Program-made: the position numbers and the translations under genes
Shown here: in pieces, positions 40,888-51,188 of the stretch
How positions within the stretch are numbered: position 1 is the stretch's first letter
Layout: each line of letters starts with the position of its first letter
Assembly: GCA_965248695.1 (NCBI GenBank)
Contig: CBDFKD010000002.1
Span: forward strand, 832,001 to 896,000
Length of the DNA: 64,000 nt
Direction of reading: 5' to 3'
From: Acidobacteriota bacterium
GTDB taxonomy: Bacteria; Acidobacteriota; UBA890; WLXD01
Notes under the pieces: model-generated
Databases searched by the model: none
What the model saw: only the letters and a program-made list of their open reading frames with translations
What the model was told of the DNA's origin: nothing

Positions 40888-42513
40888 CTACGGCGTGATG
40901 TGGTGCCCGATCGAGTCGAGCCATGCCGCCGCACGACCGTACAGCCGCGCGTAGTAGTCGGCAGAGCTACGGGCGGTGAGCGGCTCCCAGTCGTCAGCGT
41001 CGGCAGGATTCCCTTCGAGGATCTCGCCATTCGGCCGAATCGTGTGACCGATGCTCCACATGAAACCGATCACCGGTTGCTCGGATCCCGGGAAGCGCAG
41101 CTCCTCCATCCACTCCCAGGTGTTGGAGTAGCCGCCGGCCGGCATGCCGATAATCCGACCGAGCTGGTTGTCGGCCACGATGGCGTTGAACTGATCCACG
41201 TGTGAGCCGCCGTGGGGACCGCTGATGATCACCAGCGGGCCAGTCAGATGCCGGAGCGTGGGCTCGAGTATCCCGTTGGACTCCTTCGGCGCGTGCGCCA
41301 GCTTGAACGGCACAGGCGCGGTGACCGTATCGCCCCGCGCTCGTGCGGCCGCAACGTCGTCCTCCAGCCAATCGAGCAACCAGGTGCTCTCGACAGCGGT
41401 AGCGGCGGCATCACTTTCGAGGGCTAGCTCGGCGGAGAGATCCGCCCGCTTGCCGGCGATGAATGGCTCGATCACGTCGGACAACCGCAGGGTGCCGAAG
41501 GTCGTCTTGAAGGCCTGCGGCTGCAGCCGTTGCAGAGCATAGGCTCCAAGGGATCCGCCGCGGCTTCGCGTGACGTCGACGATGAGCGCGTGGTCGAGCC
41601 AGCTCTCGCGCTCGGCTCGGGCAACCAGCGCGTCGACGTCCTCCACCAGCGTGGGCCCGAAACCCGACCAGAGCAGGATCGCGATCCGGCGCCCGTCGTC
41701 GGGCCACAGCAGATCGTAGGTCGGCGTGCTGCCGACCAATGTGAACCCCGCATACCGAGGCTCGGAGAGGTCGCGCCACTGTAGCTCGGCGGGATCGTGA
41801 TACCCCAGGGCGACGGAATAGAAGTCGCCCTCGCTGTCCTGGAGCATCAGCAGCAACGTCTCTTCGAGCAGGCTGGGGTGGACGACACCGGTGCGCTGCG
41901 AGACTAGCTCAGCGATCTTCCAGCGGAGCCCGGCGGCGGTGGAATGACGCACATACGGCGACACGAGCTCGACGTATTCCGAGATATGGAGTCCGTTGAT
42001 CTGCACGAGGCGATCGCCGGGCGTGACCCGACGCGCCGCCTCGTGGCTATCGGCCACGTCACCGATGAAGTAGTCGTCTGACTGATCGCCATAATCCGGA
42101 AACACGCGTACCGGAGCCTGACGCGGCGCCGTCGTTGCCGACATGCCGAGCGTCGCCAGCCCATCGGTCAACTCCGGCGAAACGCCCCCAGGCACCAGCA
42201 TCACCGACAGATGCCGATCACGTCGCGCAGCGCTCAGCCGCGCGAGAGCGTAGAAAAGCTCGCTCTCGGTCTCCGCTTCGACCAACGCATCGCGCTCTCC
42301 CCGCATGACGCGGACGGGATCGAAGCGCAAGGCTGAGTTCTTGATCGGTGAGAACGCCTCCCGGTCTCGGGTCTTGGCGATGATGGCGCTGAAGAGCGCC
42401 GCGCGCTGCCCCGGAGTGCCCACCGCGGAAGTCGAGGTGCTGCAGGCGGTGGTCGCAAGCGCGCACGCAACCGCAGCGACTAGGCAGATCCTGGCGACGG
42501 GCGGGGCGATCAC
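40888..42513 (-). CDS. S41-like peptidase lipoprotein with PDZ-like segment
   Basis: Lipobox; PGDRLVQING; LIVDVTRSRGG; GSHVDQF; IIGMPAGG. Confidence 0.65.
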   Translation of the reverse strand: MIAPPVARICLVAAVACALATTACSTSTSAVGTPGQRAALFSAIIAKTRDREAFSPIKNSALRFDPVRVMRGERDALVEAETESELFYALARLSAARRDRHLSVMLVPGGVSPELTDGLATLGMSATTAPRQAPVRVFPDYGDQSDDYFIGDVADSHEAARRVTPGDRLVQINGLHISEYVELVSPYVRHSTAAGLRWKIAELVSQRTGVVHPSLLEETLLLMLQDSEGDFYSVALGYHDPAELQWRDLSEPRYAGFTLVGSTPTYDLLWPDDGRRIAILLWSGFGPTLVEDVDALVARAERESWLDHALIVDVTRSRGGSLGAYALQRLQPQAFKTTFGTLRLSDVIEPFIAGKRADLSAELALESDAAATAVESTWLLDWLEDDVAAARARGDTVTAPVPFKLAHAPKESNGILEPTLRHLTGPLVIISGPHGGSHVDQFNAIVADNQLGRIIGMPAGGYSNTWEWMEELRFPGSEQPVIGFMWSIGHTIRPNGEILEGNPADADDWEPLTARSSADYYARLYGRAAAWLDSIGHHITP

Positions 42514-42669
42514 ATCGGCATCCTACTGTCGGGCGCAGCCCGGCGTCGACATGCCTTACCCTCAGTGCCTCGATGGTTCTCGTGCGATGCAGTCTGGTGC
42601 GATGAAGCAGGGACCGCTGAAAACTGTCGGGCGGCGGTAGCCGGACCTACGACAGGCTGGAGAAACGAC

Positions 42670-43203
42670 ATGGTGGATGAGGCGCATCTGGAACAGACTC
42701 CTGGCGGCAAGGTCGCCAGCAGCAATGGCTGGTTCGTGTTGCACACCTCCGAGGCCCCCTGGCTGCGGAGTGAGCGCTTCGGTGCCGTGTGCCGCTTCGA
42801 AGGAGAGCCCCGGTTCCCGCACGTGGGCATGAACCTGCGAGTTCTGGAGCCCGGGAAGCCCGCTTGCCTCTACCACCGCCAGAACGCCCAGGAGAACTTC
42901 TTCGTCATCTCCGGTGAATGCACGCTGGTGGTCGAGGAACAGGAGCGAACGCTGCGCGCGGGCCACTTCGTTCATTGTCCCGCCGAGACGAACCACGTGT
43001 TCGTCGGCGCCGGCGACGAGCCCTGCGTCATGCTGATGATCGGCCACCGCCCCGAGCAGGACGCGCTCTGCTACCCGGTGAGCACCGCTGCGGCCAAGTA
43101 CGCTGGGTCGGTGGTGAAGGAGACCACCAGCCCGGCGGAGGCGTACGGTGCTCCGGACATGGAGTCCATCGCCCCCCTCTGGCCGCCCGACGGCCAGGAG
43201 TGA
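42670..43203 (+). CDS. Cupin domain protein
   Basis: LYHRQNAQENFFVISG...HCPAETNHVF. Confidence 0.85.
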   Translation: MVDEAHLEQTPGGKVASSNGWFVLHTSEAPWLRSERFGAVCRFEGEPRFPHVGMNLRVLEPGKPACLYHRQNAQENFFVISGECTLVVEEQERTLRAGHFVHCPAETNHVFVGAGDEPCVMLMIGHRPEQDALCYPVSTAAAKYAGSVVKETTSPAEAYGAPDMESIAPLWPPDGQE

Positions 43204-43217
43204 CACCAGCCGGCTCG

Positions 43218-43823
43218 ATGTCAGCGACGCCCGTCATCGCCATCATCGGCTCCGGATCGCCCGACCACCGCAGCGCTCACCTGGCCGCCGAGCTCGGTGC
43301 GTTGGTGGCACGTTCGCACCGACACCTGCTAACCGGCGGCGGCGAAGGCGTCATGCTCGACGCGGCCCGGGGCTTCACCGAGGTGTCGCCTCGCACCGGC
43401 ATCTCGATCGGCATCATCCCGCGGGCCGCCTCCAACGATGGCCCCAAGTCCGGTTATCCCAATCGGTACATCGAGGTGCCGGTATTCACCCACCTCGCCG
43501 GCGGGGATCCGACGTCGCGCGACAGCCGCAACCCGATTAACGTGCTTACTCCATGCTGCGTGCTGGCACTGCCGGGCGATGCCGGCACACGGGCGGAGGC
43601 GCGGCTGGCTAAGCGCTACGGCACGCCGATAGCCGCGGTGATCGACGTCGCTCACTCGCCGACATCGTTCGAAACATCGCTGGCGGCCATGCGTGTGCCC
43701 TGTCTACGGGTCGTGGCGTCGACCGGCGAGGGCAGCGGCTACGATCTCGCGCCCGTCGAGGAGTTCATCGCTGCCTCGCCGACAATACCGGCAGGCGCCA
43801 AACGCGGAGGTGCCCTTTGCTGA
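43218..43823 (+). CDS. SLOG/LOG-like Rossmann protein (MoCo-carrier-like)
   Basis: LTGGGEGVM, SIGIIP, SRNPINV and ALPGDAGTRAE motifs. Confidence 0.75.
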   Translation: MSATPVIAIIGSGSPDHRSAHLAAELGALVARSHRHLLTGGGEGVMLDAARGFTEVSPRTGISIGIIPRAASNDGPKSGYPNRYIEVPVFTHLAGGDPTSRDSRNPINVLTPCCVLALPGDAGTRAEARLAKRYGTPIAAVIDVAHSPTSFETSLAAMRVPCLRVVASTGEGSGYDLAPVEEFIAASPTIPAGAKRGGALC

Positions 43824-43857
43824 GCGCGGGCCAGCGGCACAGGCGCCAAGACGACGT

Positions 43858-44935
43858 ATGAGCACGCGCGTCGTCGGTTTCGATCTGGCTCGCGCGCTTG
43901 CCGTGTTCGGCATGGTCCTGGTGAACTTCAAGGTCGTCATGGCAGCGCCGGACGCCGGCCCGTTGTGGCTGGCGCGCGCCCTGGCGCTGCTGGAAGGCCG
44001 CGCCGCGGCGACGTTCGTGGTGCTGGCAGGCATCGGCATCGCCATGCTGTCGCGCACGGCCAGAGAAACCGGCGACGCCGCGCTGCTGGCACGAGCGCAG
44101 ACGACGCTGCTGAAACGTGCCCTGTTCCTGTTCATCGTCGGTCTGCTGTTCGCGCCGGTGTGGCCGGGCCGACATCCTCCACTTCTACGGCATATACATC
44201 GCCGTTGCAGCCTTCCTTCTGACGGCGTCCAACCGCCGGCTGTGGTTCTTGGCCGGCAGCGCGGTGACAGGCTTCGTGGCACTGGCCTCGGTCTTCGACT
44301 ATGACCGCGGATGGAACTGGGAGACGCTCGAATACGTCGACTTCTGGACCCCGGCCGGCATGGTCCGGCACCTTCTCTTCAACGGGTTCCACCCGGTGAT
44401 ACCGTGGCTCGCCTTCCTGATCGTCGGCCTGATCGTCGGCCGCCTGGACCTGCGCGACAGGGCGATCCGGAACCGTGTCCTGGCGGCCGGTGCGCTGGCA
44501 ACGGTGGTGGCCGAGAGCGGCAGCAAGGTGCTGATTCGTACGTTGTCGCAGGGGTCCGCCGAGGCTGAGCTCGAAGAGATCGCGGCCTTGTTCGGAACCG
44601 GCGTGATACCTCCGATGCCCCTCTACATGGTGGCCGGTGCCGGAACCGCTTGCGCTGTGATCGCCGTGGCGGTGGGCGTTGGGCAGCGCTTCCCGAACGC
44701 GGTATGGCTCCGTCCGCTCGTATCCACCGGCCAGCTGGCATTGACGCTCTACGTCGCCCATGTCGTGCTCGGCATGGGCGCCATCGCCAGCTTCGGGCGA
44801 CTCGACGGCCGTACGCTGCCATTCGTCGTGACCACCACGGCGGTATTCTGCGCGCTTGGCGTGGTCTTCGCGCATCTGTGGCGCCACCGGTTCCCTCGGG
44901 GACCGCTCGAGACGATCATGCGCGCGGTCACCTGA
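43858..44935 (+). pseudogene. DUF418 membrane protein with +1 frameshift
   Basis: GFDLARALA...WP|ADILHFYG...TGQLALTLY...RGPLE; extra G in GGG 44166-44168. Confidence 0.85.
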
Positions 44936-45090
44936 AACGAATCGGCCCCGTGGACTTCTTCGTCCGGAAGACCGACTTCAGTCACCCTAGTGTTCCGAAG
45001 ATCGTGCGGCGAGGATCCGTTTGCTTGTGGGTGTATCATCCGCCCGTTGATCGGCTGCGAGTCTTGGTAACGAGCACCTCGGAGAAGCAG

Positions 45091-47109
45091 ATGCGGATGA
45101 TCGATCCCACCAGTACGACGCGGACCAGACGAGCGCTGTGCGGCGTAATTGCGGCCACGTTTTGCCTGATGTCGGTCCCCGCAGCGGGGCAGAACGGCGC
45201 TGGTGCCACCGGTACCGAGAACGGCGAATGGCGCCACTGGGGCGGTGATACCTACAGCACCCGCTACTCGCCCCTGGACCAGATCAACGCCGACAACTTC
45301 GAGGAGCTCGAAGTTGCCTGGGTCTGGCGCGGCGACAACTTCGGCCCTTCGGTCGACAACATCATGCGCTCCACCCCGACCTACGTGAACGGCGTGCTGT
45401 ACACCGTCGCCGGCCAGCGGCGTACAGTCGTCGCCCTCGACCCGGCCACCGGTGAGACGCTGTGGACCTACCGCGAGCCTCACACGAAGCGATGGGCCGA
45501 CTCGATGCGCAAGAACTACGGCAAGGGTGTCGGCTACGCCAATATCGACCGCCGGGGGATCATCTACATGATCTCGCCGGGCTTCTTCCTGCACGCCCTG
45601 GACGCGGTCACCGGCCAGCCGATCGAGCAGTTCGGCAACGAGGGTACGGTCGACCTGCTGGCCGACTTCGGCTACGAGTACGACGCCTACGAGGGACTCC
45701 CCAAGGAGGTCGGCTACATCACCAACTCGTCACCGCCGATGGTGGTCAACGATGTGGTGGTGGTGGGCAACTCCCACGAGCAGGGCTACCTGCAGACCCG
45801 GCGGGAGAACGTGCCCGGGCACGTGCTGGCGTACGACGCGCGCTCCGGCGAGCATCTGTGGAAGTTCAACGTCATTCCGCAGCCGGGCGAGTTCGGTCAC
45901 GACACGTGGGAACACGACGCCTGGTCGTACACCGGCAACGTCTCGGCGTGGGCACCGATGGCCGCCGACCCGGAGCTCGGGCTGGTGTACTTCGCCACCG
46001 ATCCGCCGACCAACGACTACTGGGGCGGCTTCTCTCCCGGCGACAACCTCTTTGCCACCACCATCATCGCGGTCGACATCCGCACCGGCGAGCGCCGCTG
46101 GCACTTCCAGACGGTGCACCACGACATCTGGAACTACGACAACCCCACCGCGCCGAACCTGGTGGACATAACGGTCGACGGCAAGAAGATCCCGGCGCTG
46201 GTGCAGACCACCAAGCAGAGCTTTGCCTACGTGCTCAACCGTGAGACCGGCGAGCCGGTGTGGCCGATCGAGGAACGTCCGGTGCCGGCGTCCAAGATCC
46301 CTGGTGAGCAGACGTCGCCGACGCAGCCGTTCCCGACCCGGCCGGCGCCCTACGAGATGCAGGGCCTGACCCTCGACGACCTGATCGACTTCACGCCCGA
46401 GCTGCGGCAGGCCGCCGTGGAGATGATCAGCGAATTCGAGATCGGACCGCTCTTCACGCCGCCGCTGCATCGCGACAACGACCTCGGCCTCAAGGGGTCG
46501 ATCCACTGTCCGGGAGGGAACGGCGGCACTAACATCCCCGGCGGAACGGCGATCGATCCGGAGACCCAGATCATGTACGTCGCCTCGACGAAGACCTGCT
46601 CCGGGCCGACGATGATCCCCGGTGCCGAGGCGGACTCGCACGACCCCAACCCGATCGGCAAGACCGTCATGGCCTGGGCCAGCGGGCCGGGCTTCGGCCC
46701 CGGCAACGTGAACGGGCTCCCGTACCTGAAACCGCCGTACGGTCGTATCACCGCCATCGATATGAACACCGGCGAGCACCTGTGGTGGATCCCGAACGGC
46801 GACACACCCAACTCCGTCACCCACCACCCGGCACTGCAGGGCCTCGACATCCCCAACACCGGCAAGCCCTCGCACGCCACCAAGGTGGTCACCAAAACGC
46901 TGTTGATCTACGCCGAGGGTCGTCGCGGTGAGGCGCTGATGCACGCGGTCGACAAGCGCACCGGCGAGCGGCTGGGCACCGTGGACATCCCGGCGCAAAG
47001 CAACAGCGCGCCGATGACCTACATGCACCAGGGCAAGCAGTACATCGTGCTGCCCATCGGCGGGTCGACGCATTCCGGTTCGCTGGCCGCGATGGCGCTA
47101 CCCAACTAG
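45091..47109 (+). CDS. PQQ-dependent dehydrogenase (glucose/quinate/shikimate-like), secreted
   Basis: RYSPLDQIN, WHFQTVHHDIWNYD, KPPYGRITAID and PMTYMHQGKQY motifs. Confidence 0.9.
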   Translation: MRMIDPTSTTRTRRALCGVIAATFCLMSVPAAGQNGAGATGTENGEWRHWGGDTYSTRYSPLDQINADNFEELEVAWVWRGDNFGPSVDNIMRSTPTYVNGVLYTVAGQRRTVVALDPATGETLWTYREPHTKRWADSMRKNYGKGVGYANIDRRGIIYMISPGFFLHALDAVTGQPIEQFGNEGTVDLLADFGYEYDAYEGLPKEVGYITNSSPPMVVNDVVVVGNSHEQGYLQTRRENVPGHVLAYDARSGEHLWKFNVIPQPGEFGHDTWEHDAWSYTGNVSAWAPMAADPELGLVYFATDPPTNDYWGGFSPGDNLFATTIIAVDIRTGERRWHFQTVHHDIWNYDNPTAPNLVDITVDGKKIPALVQTTKQSFAYVLNRETGEPVWPIEERPVPASKIPGEQTSPTQPFPTRPAPYEMQGLTLDDLIDFTPELRQAAVEMISEFEIGPLFTPPLHRDNDLGLKGSIHCPGGNGGTNIPGGTAIDPETQIMYVASTKTCSGPTMIPGAEADSHDPNPIGKTVMAWASGPGFGPGNVNGLPYLKPPYGRITAIDMNTGEHLWWIPNGDTPNSVTHHPALQGLDIPNTGKPSHATKVVTKTLLIYAEGRRGEALMHAVDKRTGERLGTVDIPAQSNSAPMTYMHQGKQYIVLPIGGSTHSGSLAAMALPN

Positions 47110-47206
47110 CGCAGCGCTCGCTCTCAACTTCGGCGCTGGCCGGGAGGAGCTCCACGCGGGGCCGTCTCAACCTAGCAGGTGGCTAGTTTCTCTTGATTCG
47201 CACCGA

Positions 47207-47225
47207 CTGATATCGTTGATATCAG
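47207..47225. promoter_or_regulatory. Palindromic operator upstream of the fitAB-like TA pair
   Basis: CTGATATC-GTT-GATATCAG, resembling FitA half-sites. Confidence 0.65.
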
Positions 47226-47246
47226 CAGGGGAGATTCCAAAGCACA

Positions 47247-47480
47247 ATGGCCCAACTGATCGTGAGAAAGCTGCCCAGCCTGATTGTTCGAGCATTGAAG
47301 CTCCGCGCCGCCGCTTACGGACGCTCCGCTGAAGCCGAGCACCGTGAAATCCTCCGGTCGGTGCTCACGCCATCAAACCCGGGCCAATCGTTGAAAGCAG
47401 CCTTGCTGCGCATGCCGGACGTAGGCACGGACGAGGATTTCAGCCGGCCCACCGACTACGGTCGAGTGCCTCCGCTATGA
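47247..47480 (+). CDS. FitA/Arc-like RHH antitoxin
   Basis: MAQLIVRKL...LKLRAA..GRSAEAEHREIL. Confidence 0.88.
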   Translation: MAQLIVRKLPSLIVRALKLRAAAYGRSAEAEHREILRSVLTPSNPGQSLKAALLRMPDVGTDEDFSRPTDYGRVPPL

Positions 47481-47505
47481 CGAACCTGTTGCGACAACCC
47501 CTGCA

Positions 47506-47943
47506 GTGACCTATCTGCTCGATACGAACGTCATCTCCGAGCTGCGGAAGGGTGAGCGCTGCGACTCCGGAGTGCGCACCTGGCTGGCGGGTGTCGCCGC
47601 CGACCATCTCCACATCAGCGTGCTGACGATCGGGGAGCTGCGCCGCGGTGTGGAGATGCTCGGACGACGAGACCCGCAGGCCGCCAGATCCTTGAATCGT
47701 TGGCTTTGCGACCTGACCGAGTCACACGCGGACCGGCTTCTCGGCATCGGCGTCCGGGTTGCGGACGAATGGGGGCGCCTGAACGTACCTGATCCGTTGC
47801 CGGTGATTGACGGACTGCTGGCCGCCACGGCCAGTGTGCATCAGCTGACCCTGGTAACCCGGAACACCAAGGACATCGAGCGTACGGGAGTGGCCTGCTT
47901 CAACCCGTTCGAACGCTCCGGCGAGCGTTCGACGGAGACGTAG
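47506..47943 (+). CDS. vapC: VapC/FitB PIN-domain toxin
   Basis: YLLDTNVISE, ELRRG, DGLLAATA and LVTRN.KD motifs. Confidence 0.93.
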   Translation: MTYLLDTNVISELRKGERCDSGVRTWLAGVAADHLHISVLTIGELRRGVEMLGRRDPQAARSLNRWLCDLTESHADRLLGIGVRVADEWGRLNVPDPLPVIDGLLAATASVHQLTLVTRNTKDIERTGVACFNPFERSGERSTET

Positions 47944-47966
47944 CCAACCGGCCGGACTGCGGCTCG

Positions 47967-49784
47967 TCAGTACGCCACGGCAGCGCTGTTGTTGCGGTTG
48001 TGCGATGCGGCTCGCAGCTCACCGGTGACCAGGTCGCGGCTGATCGCCACCCAGATCCCCTCGCCGCCGAATCGCACGCCTTCGGGGTCGATCTCCTGAT
48101 ACGCGTAGCCGGTCGCCTCGAGGACCTCCGGCGGGAATCCGCCCTCGATCACCCGGAACGTCTGCTGATAGGTCACCGGGTCGGTGAGCGCCAGAAAGAA
48201 GTCCGGAGCGTTGATCGCCTCGTCGACCGTCATGCCGTACTCGATGATGCCCATGAGCCCTTGGAATGTGCGCTGATGGAGTCCCGAGCCCATCGACGCG
48301 AACCCGAGAACCGCCTCGCCACCCTTCATGAGGACGCCGGTTTCGGTCGGCGACTCCAGCCGTCCACCGGGCTCGGTCTGCGAGATCTGCGTCTGCTGAA
48401 ACGAGGCCGGATCACCGATCGTTACTCCGTCGACGACAATCGCCGTCTTGCCCCACAGCACACAGTTGATGCTCTGCGTCAGGGCTGCGATGTTGCCCTC
48501 GCTGTCGATCACCACCACGTCGTCGGAGTGCCGCGGCGGCTGCGGCTTCCACTGCGTCAGCTTCGCCCCCGCCTCAAGGCGCGCCCACATCTCGGCGGCG
48601 TACTCGCGCGTCACCCGCGACTCGAGACTCAGATCCAGGCCGGGGTAGACCTGCGCCAGGACCTCGCCCGGGATGAAGCTCATGAAGGCGATCTGCGTGA
48701 CGTCGAGCGCCTTGCGCAACGCGTCGCCGGAACGTGACCAGTGGCCATCGCTGACCATGCCGGACGCCATCGCCAAGTTGTACGCCTCGACGGTGGCCAC
48801 GCCACCTGTGTTGGGCGGCGGGTTCGTGTGCAGCTCGTACTCGCCCAGGGTCGCCACCAGCGGCTCGTCCCAGAGGACCTCGTAGCCGGCCAGATCCTCG
48901 AGTGTCATCTTGCCGCCGTCGGCCTGGATTGCCGCCACGACGCGTTCCGCCCATGGCCCGTCGTACATGTAGTCAGTGCCCTGGGTTGCCACCGCGCGCA
49001 ACGTCGCGCCCAGGGCGGGCTGCTTGAACACGTCGCCCTCGGCATAGGCCGTGCCGTCAAGCTTGATCAGCGTGGCGCGCGTCTCCGGCAGGCGCGCCAG
49101 GTCGTCGTGGCGCGCCGCGAAGTAACCGGCCGTCTTGGCGGAGACCGGCATCCCCTGCTCGGCAATATGGATGGCAGGCGCGAAGATCTCTTCGAACGGA
49201 AGCGCTCCGAAGCGCTCGTGCGCCGCTCCGACCCCCTTCATGAACCCGCCGACGAGCGCCGTGCGGCCGCTCGCCGCGGTCCCGTAGATGCCCTCCGCCG
49301 ACGACAGGTCGATGCCGCCGGGGATTCCCATCGGATCGTCCTCGCCGCGCACCGTGTTCCACTCGGCGTTCATCGTGTGCACCTGCCCCGTCGCCGCCTC
49401 GTAGTACACCAGCGACAGGATGCCGAAATAGCTGATCGGAGCTCCGGCGGTCAGCGCGACCTGCGCCATTGCGGCGGTCATCGCCGCGTCGATGGCGTTG
49501 CCACCCTGCTGCAACGCTTCGAGCCCGGCACGGGCCGCCAGGCCGTTGTAGGCCACCGTCACGGCACCGTTCATGCCGGTGGCGACACCGGCCGCGGAGT
49601 GATCGACCAGCTGCGCTGACATGAAGCGGTCGTAGTCTTGTTGCCACGCACTCGGCGAAAGGTCGACGACCGGCTCGGCCGGAGCACAGGCGGCACCACT
49701 GAGCAGCAGTCCGATCGCCAGCGCCAACAACGAACGCCGTATGGGCGGTCGTCGTATCGGGATCGGAGTGCGCACGCTGGTCAT
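47967..49784 (-). CDS. Gamma-glutamyltransferase-family lipoprotein (atypical)
   Basis: GGNAIDAA, FKQPALGATL and TNPPPNTGG motifs; HSDDVVVIDSEGN at the processing site. Confidence 0.85.
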   Translation of the reverse strand: MTSVRTPIPIRRPPIRRSLLALAIGLLLSGAACAPAEPVVDLSPSAWQQDYDRFMSAQLVDHSAAGVATGMNGAVTVAYNGLAARAGLEALQQGGNAIDAAMTAAMAQVALTAGAPISYFGILSLVYYEAATGQVHTMNAEWNTVRGEDDPMGIPGGIDLSSAEGIYGTAASGRTALVGGFMKGVGAAHERFGALPFEEIFAPAIHIAEQGMPVSAKTAGYFAARHDDLARLPETRATLIKLDGTAYAEGDVFKQPALGATLRAVATQGTDYMYDGPWAERVVAAIQADGGKMTLEDLAGYEVLWDEPLVATLGEYELHTNPPPNTGGVATVEAYNLAMASGMVSDGHWSRSGDALRKALDVTQIAFMSFIPGEVLAQVYPGLDLSLESRVTREYAAEMWARLEAGAKLTQWKPQPPRHSDDVVVIDSEGNIAALTQSINCVLWGKTAIVVDGVTIGDPASFQQTQISQTEPGGRLESPTETGVLMKGGEAVLGFASMGSGLHQRTFQGLMGIIEYGMTVDEAINAPDFFLALTDPVTYQQTFRVIEGGFPPEVLEATGYAYQEIDPEGVRFGGEGIWVAISRDLVTGELRAASHNRNNSAAVAY

Positions 49785-51115
49785 CGTCCCGCGCCCTTGA
49801 CCACCTTGCCGGATCTCATGACGAAGGCTACGGCGGTCTCCAGCAACGTCACGTCCTCCAACGGATTGCCATCGATGGCCACGATATCGGCGAGCTTGCC
49901 GGCCTCGACGGTGCCGATCTCGTCGTCGAGATCCAGCAACTCGGCGGCGTAGATCGTGCCGCCCTTGATCGCCGTCATCGGCGACAACCCTACTCGCACC
50001 ATCTGAGCGAACTCGCGCGCCGCCTGCTCGACCGGGAAGATGGTGTCCGATCCCATCACCACACGAACACCGGCATCGATGGCGGCACGAATGCGCTCAT
50101 CCCGGACTTCCATCAACTCGGCACCCTTGGCCACCGAGTCGGGTGGGTAACCGATCGAGGGCCCGACCTCGACGACGTAATTGAGCACGTAGATTGTCGG
50201 CACGAGCACCGTGCCGCGCTCGAGCATCAGGTCGATGCCTTCCTGATCGATGAGGATGCCGTGCTCGACCGAATCAACGCCGGCGCGCACGGCCTGCTTG
50301 ATGCCCTCGGTGCCGATGGCGTGCACGGTGATCTTCTTGAAGTGACGGTGCGTCTCGTCGACCGCCGCCTCGAGCTCGGCGTCGGAAAAGGCCGTGGCCT
50401 GGGGGTTGTCGCCATGCGACATGACCCCTCCGGTGGCGGTCAGCTTGATCCAATCGGCGCCGAACTTGATCTCGTTGCGAATCGCCAGCCGCATGGCGTC
50501 CGCACCATCGACTACCAGACCCGGAATCTCGAGGTCGAGATCCGGCGGCACGTCGTTGACGTCGCAGTGTCCGCCGGTCGGCGAGATGCAGTGCGGCGCC
50601 TGCAGGATCCGCGGCCCATCGAACATGCCGGCGTTGATCGCGTCGCGTACGTCCGACAGCGAGTAGTAGAGATCGAACTCGCCGGTGCTGCGCACGGTGG
50701 TAAACCCGTGCTCGAGCATCGTCTGGGCGTTGCGCAGGGCGATCAGCCCTTTGGCGGCGCTGGACTGGCCGCTCGCGCTCACGCCGGCGAAGCCACTAGC
50801 GTCGATCGTCAGGTGCACGTGCAGATCGATCATCCCGGGCATGCACGTGGCCTCACTGAGGTCCACGACGTCGGCGTCGACCGGCGCCTGGGCGCGCCAG
50901 TCATCGATCGAGACGATCCGACCATCCCGCACGACGATCTGTCGATTGCGCATTGCCGCATCGGCGCGGCCGTCGATCAGTCGTCCGCATCGCAGGATCG
51001 TCGTCGCCTCAGCCTGTGACGAGCTCGCGGCCTGCGGCGGGCTACCGAGCGGCAGCGCCAACGTGATGACGGCGATACAGATGGCCATCGCCATGGTCCG
51101 AGATCGGTTCAGCAT
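49781..51115 (-). CDS. Amidohydrolase 1 (Xaa-Pro dipeptidase-like), secreted
   Basis: PGMIDLHVH, GFTTVR, TGGHCD, IKLTATGGV, SVEHG and MGSD motifs. Confidence 0.92.
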   Translation of the reverse strand: MLNRSRTMAMAICIAVITLALPLGSPPQAASSSQAEATTILRCGRLIDGRADAAMRNRQIVVRDGRIVSIDDWRAQAPVDADVVDLSEATCMPGMIDLHVHLTIDASGFAGVSASGQSSAAKGLIALRNAQTMLEHGFTTVRSTGEFDLYYSLSDVRDAINAGMFDGPRILQAPHCISPTGGHCDVNDVPPDLDLEIPGLVVDGADAMRLAIRNEIKFGADWIKLTATGGVMSHGDNPQATAFSDAELEAAVDETHRHFKKITVHAIGTEGIKQAVRAGVDSVEHGILIDQEGIDLMLERGTVLVPTIYVLNYVVEVGPSIGYPPDSVAKGAELMEVRDERIRAAIDAGVRVVMGSDTIFPVEQAAREFAQMVRVGLSPMTAIKGGTIYAAELLDLDDEIGTVEAGKLADIVAIDGNPLEDVTLLETAVAFVMRSGKVVKGAGR

Positions 51116-51188
51116 GAGGACGTTCCCTCCGTTGCGTTCGTCATCGTCGGCCTTCGAGTCGCCGCCGTGGGTGCAACTGCGAGCACCG

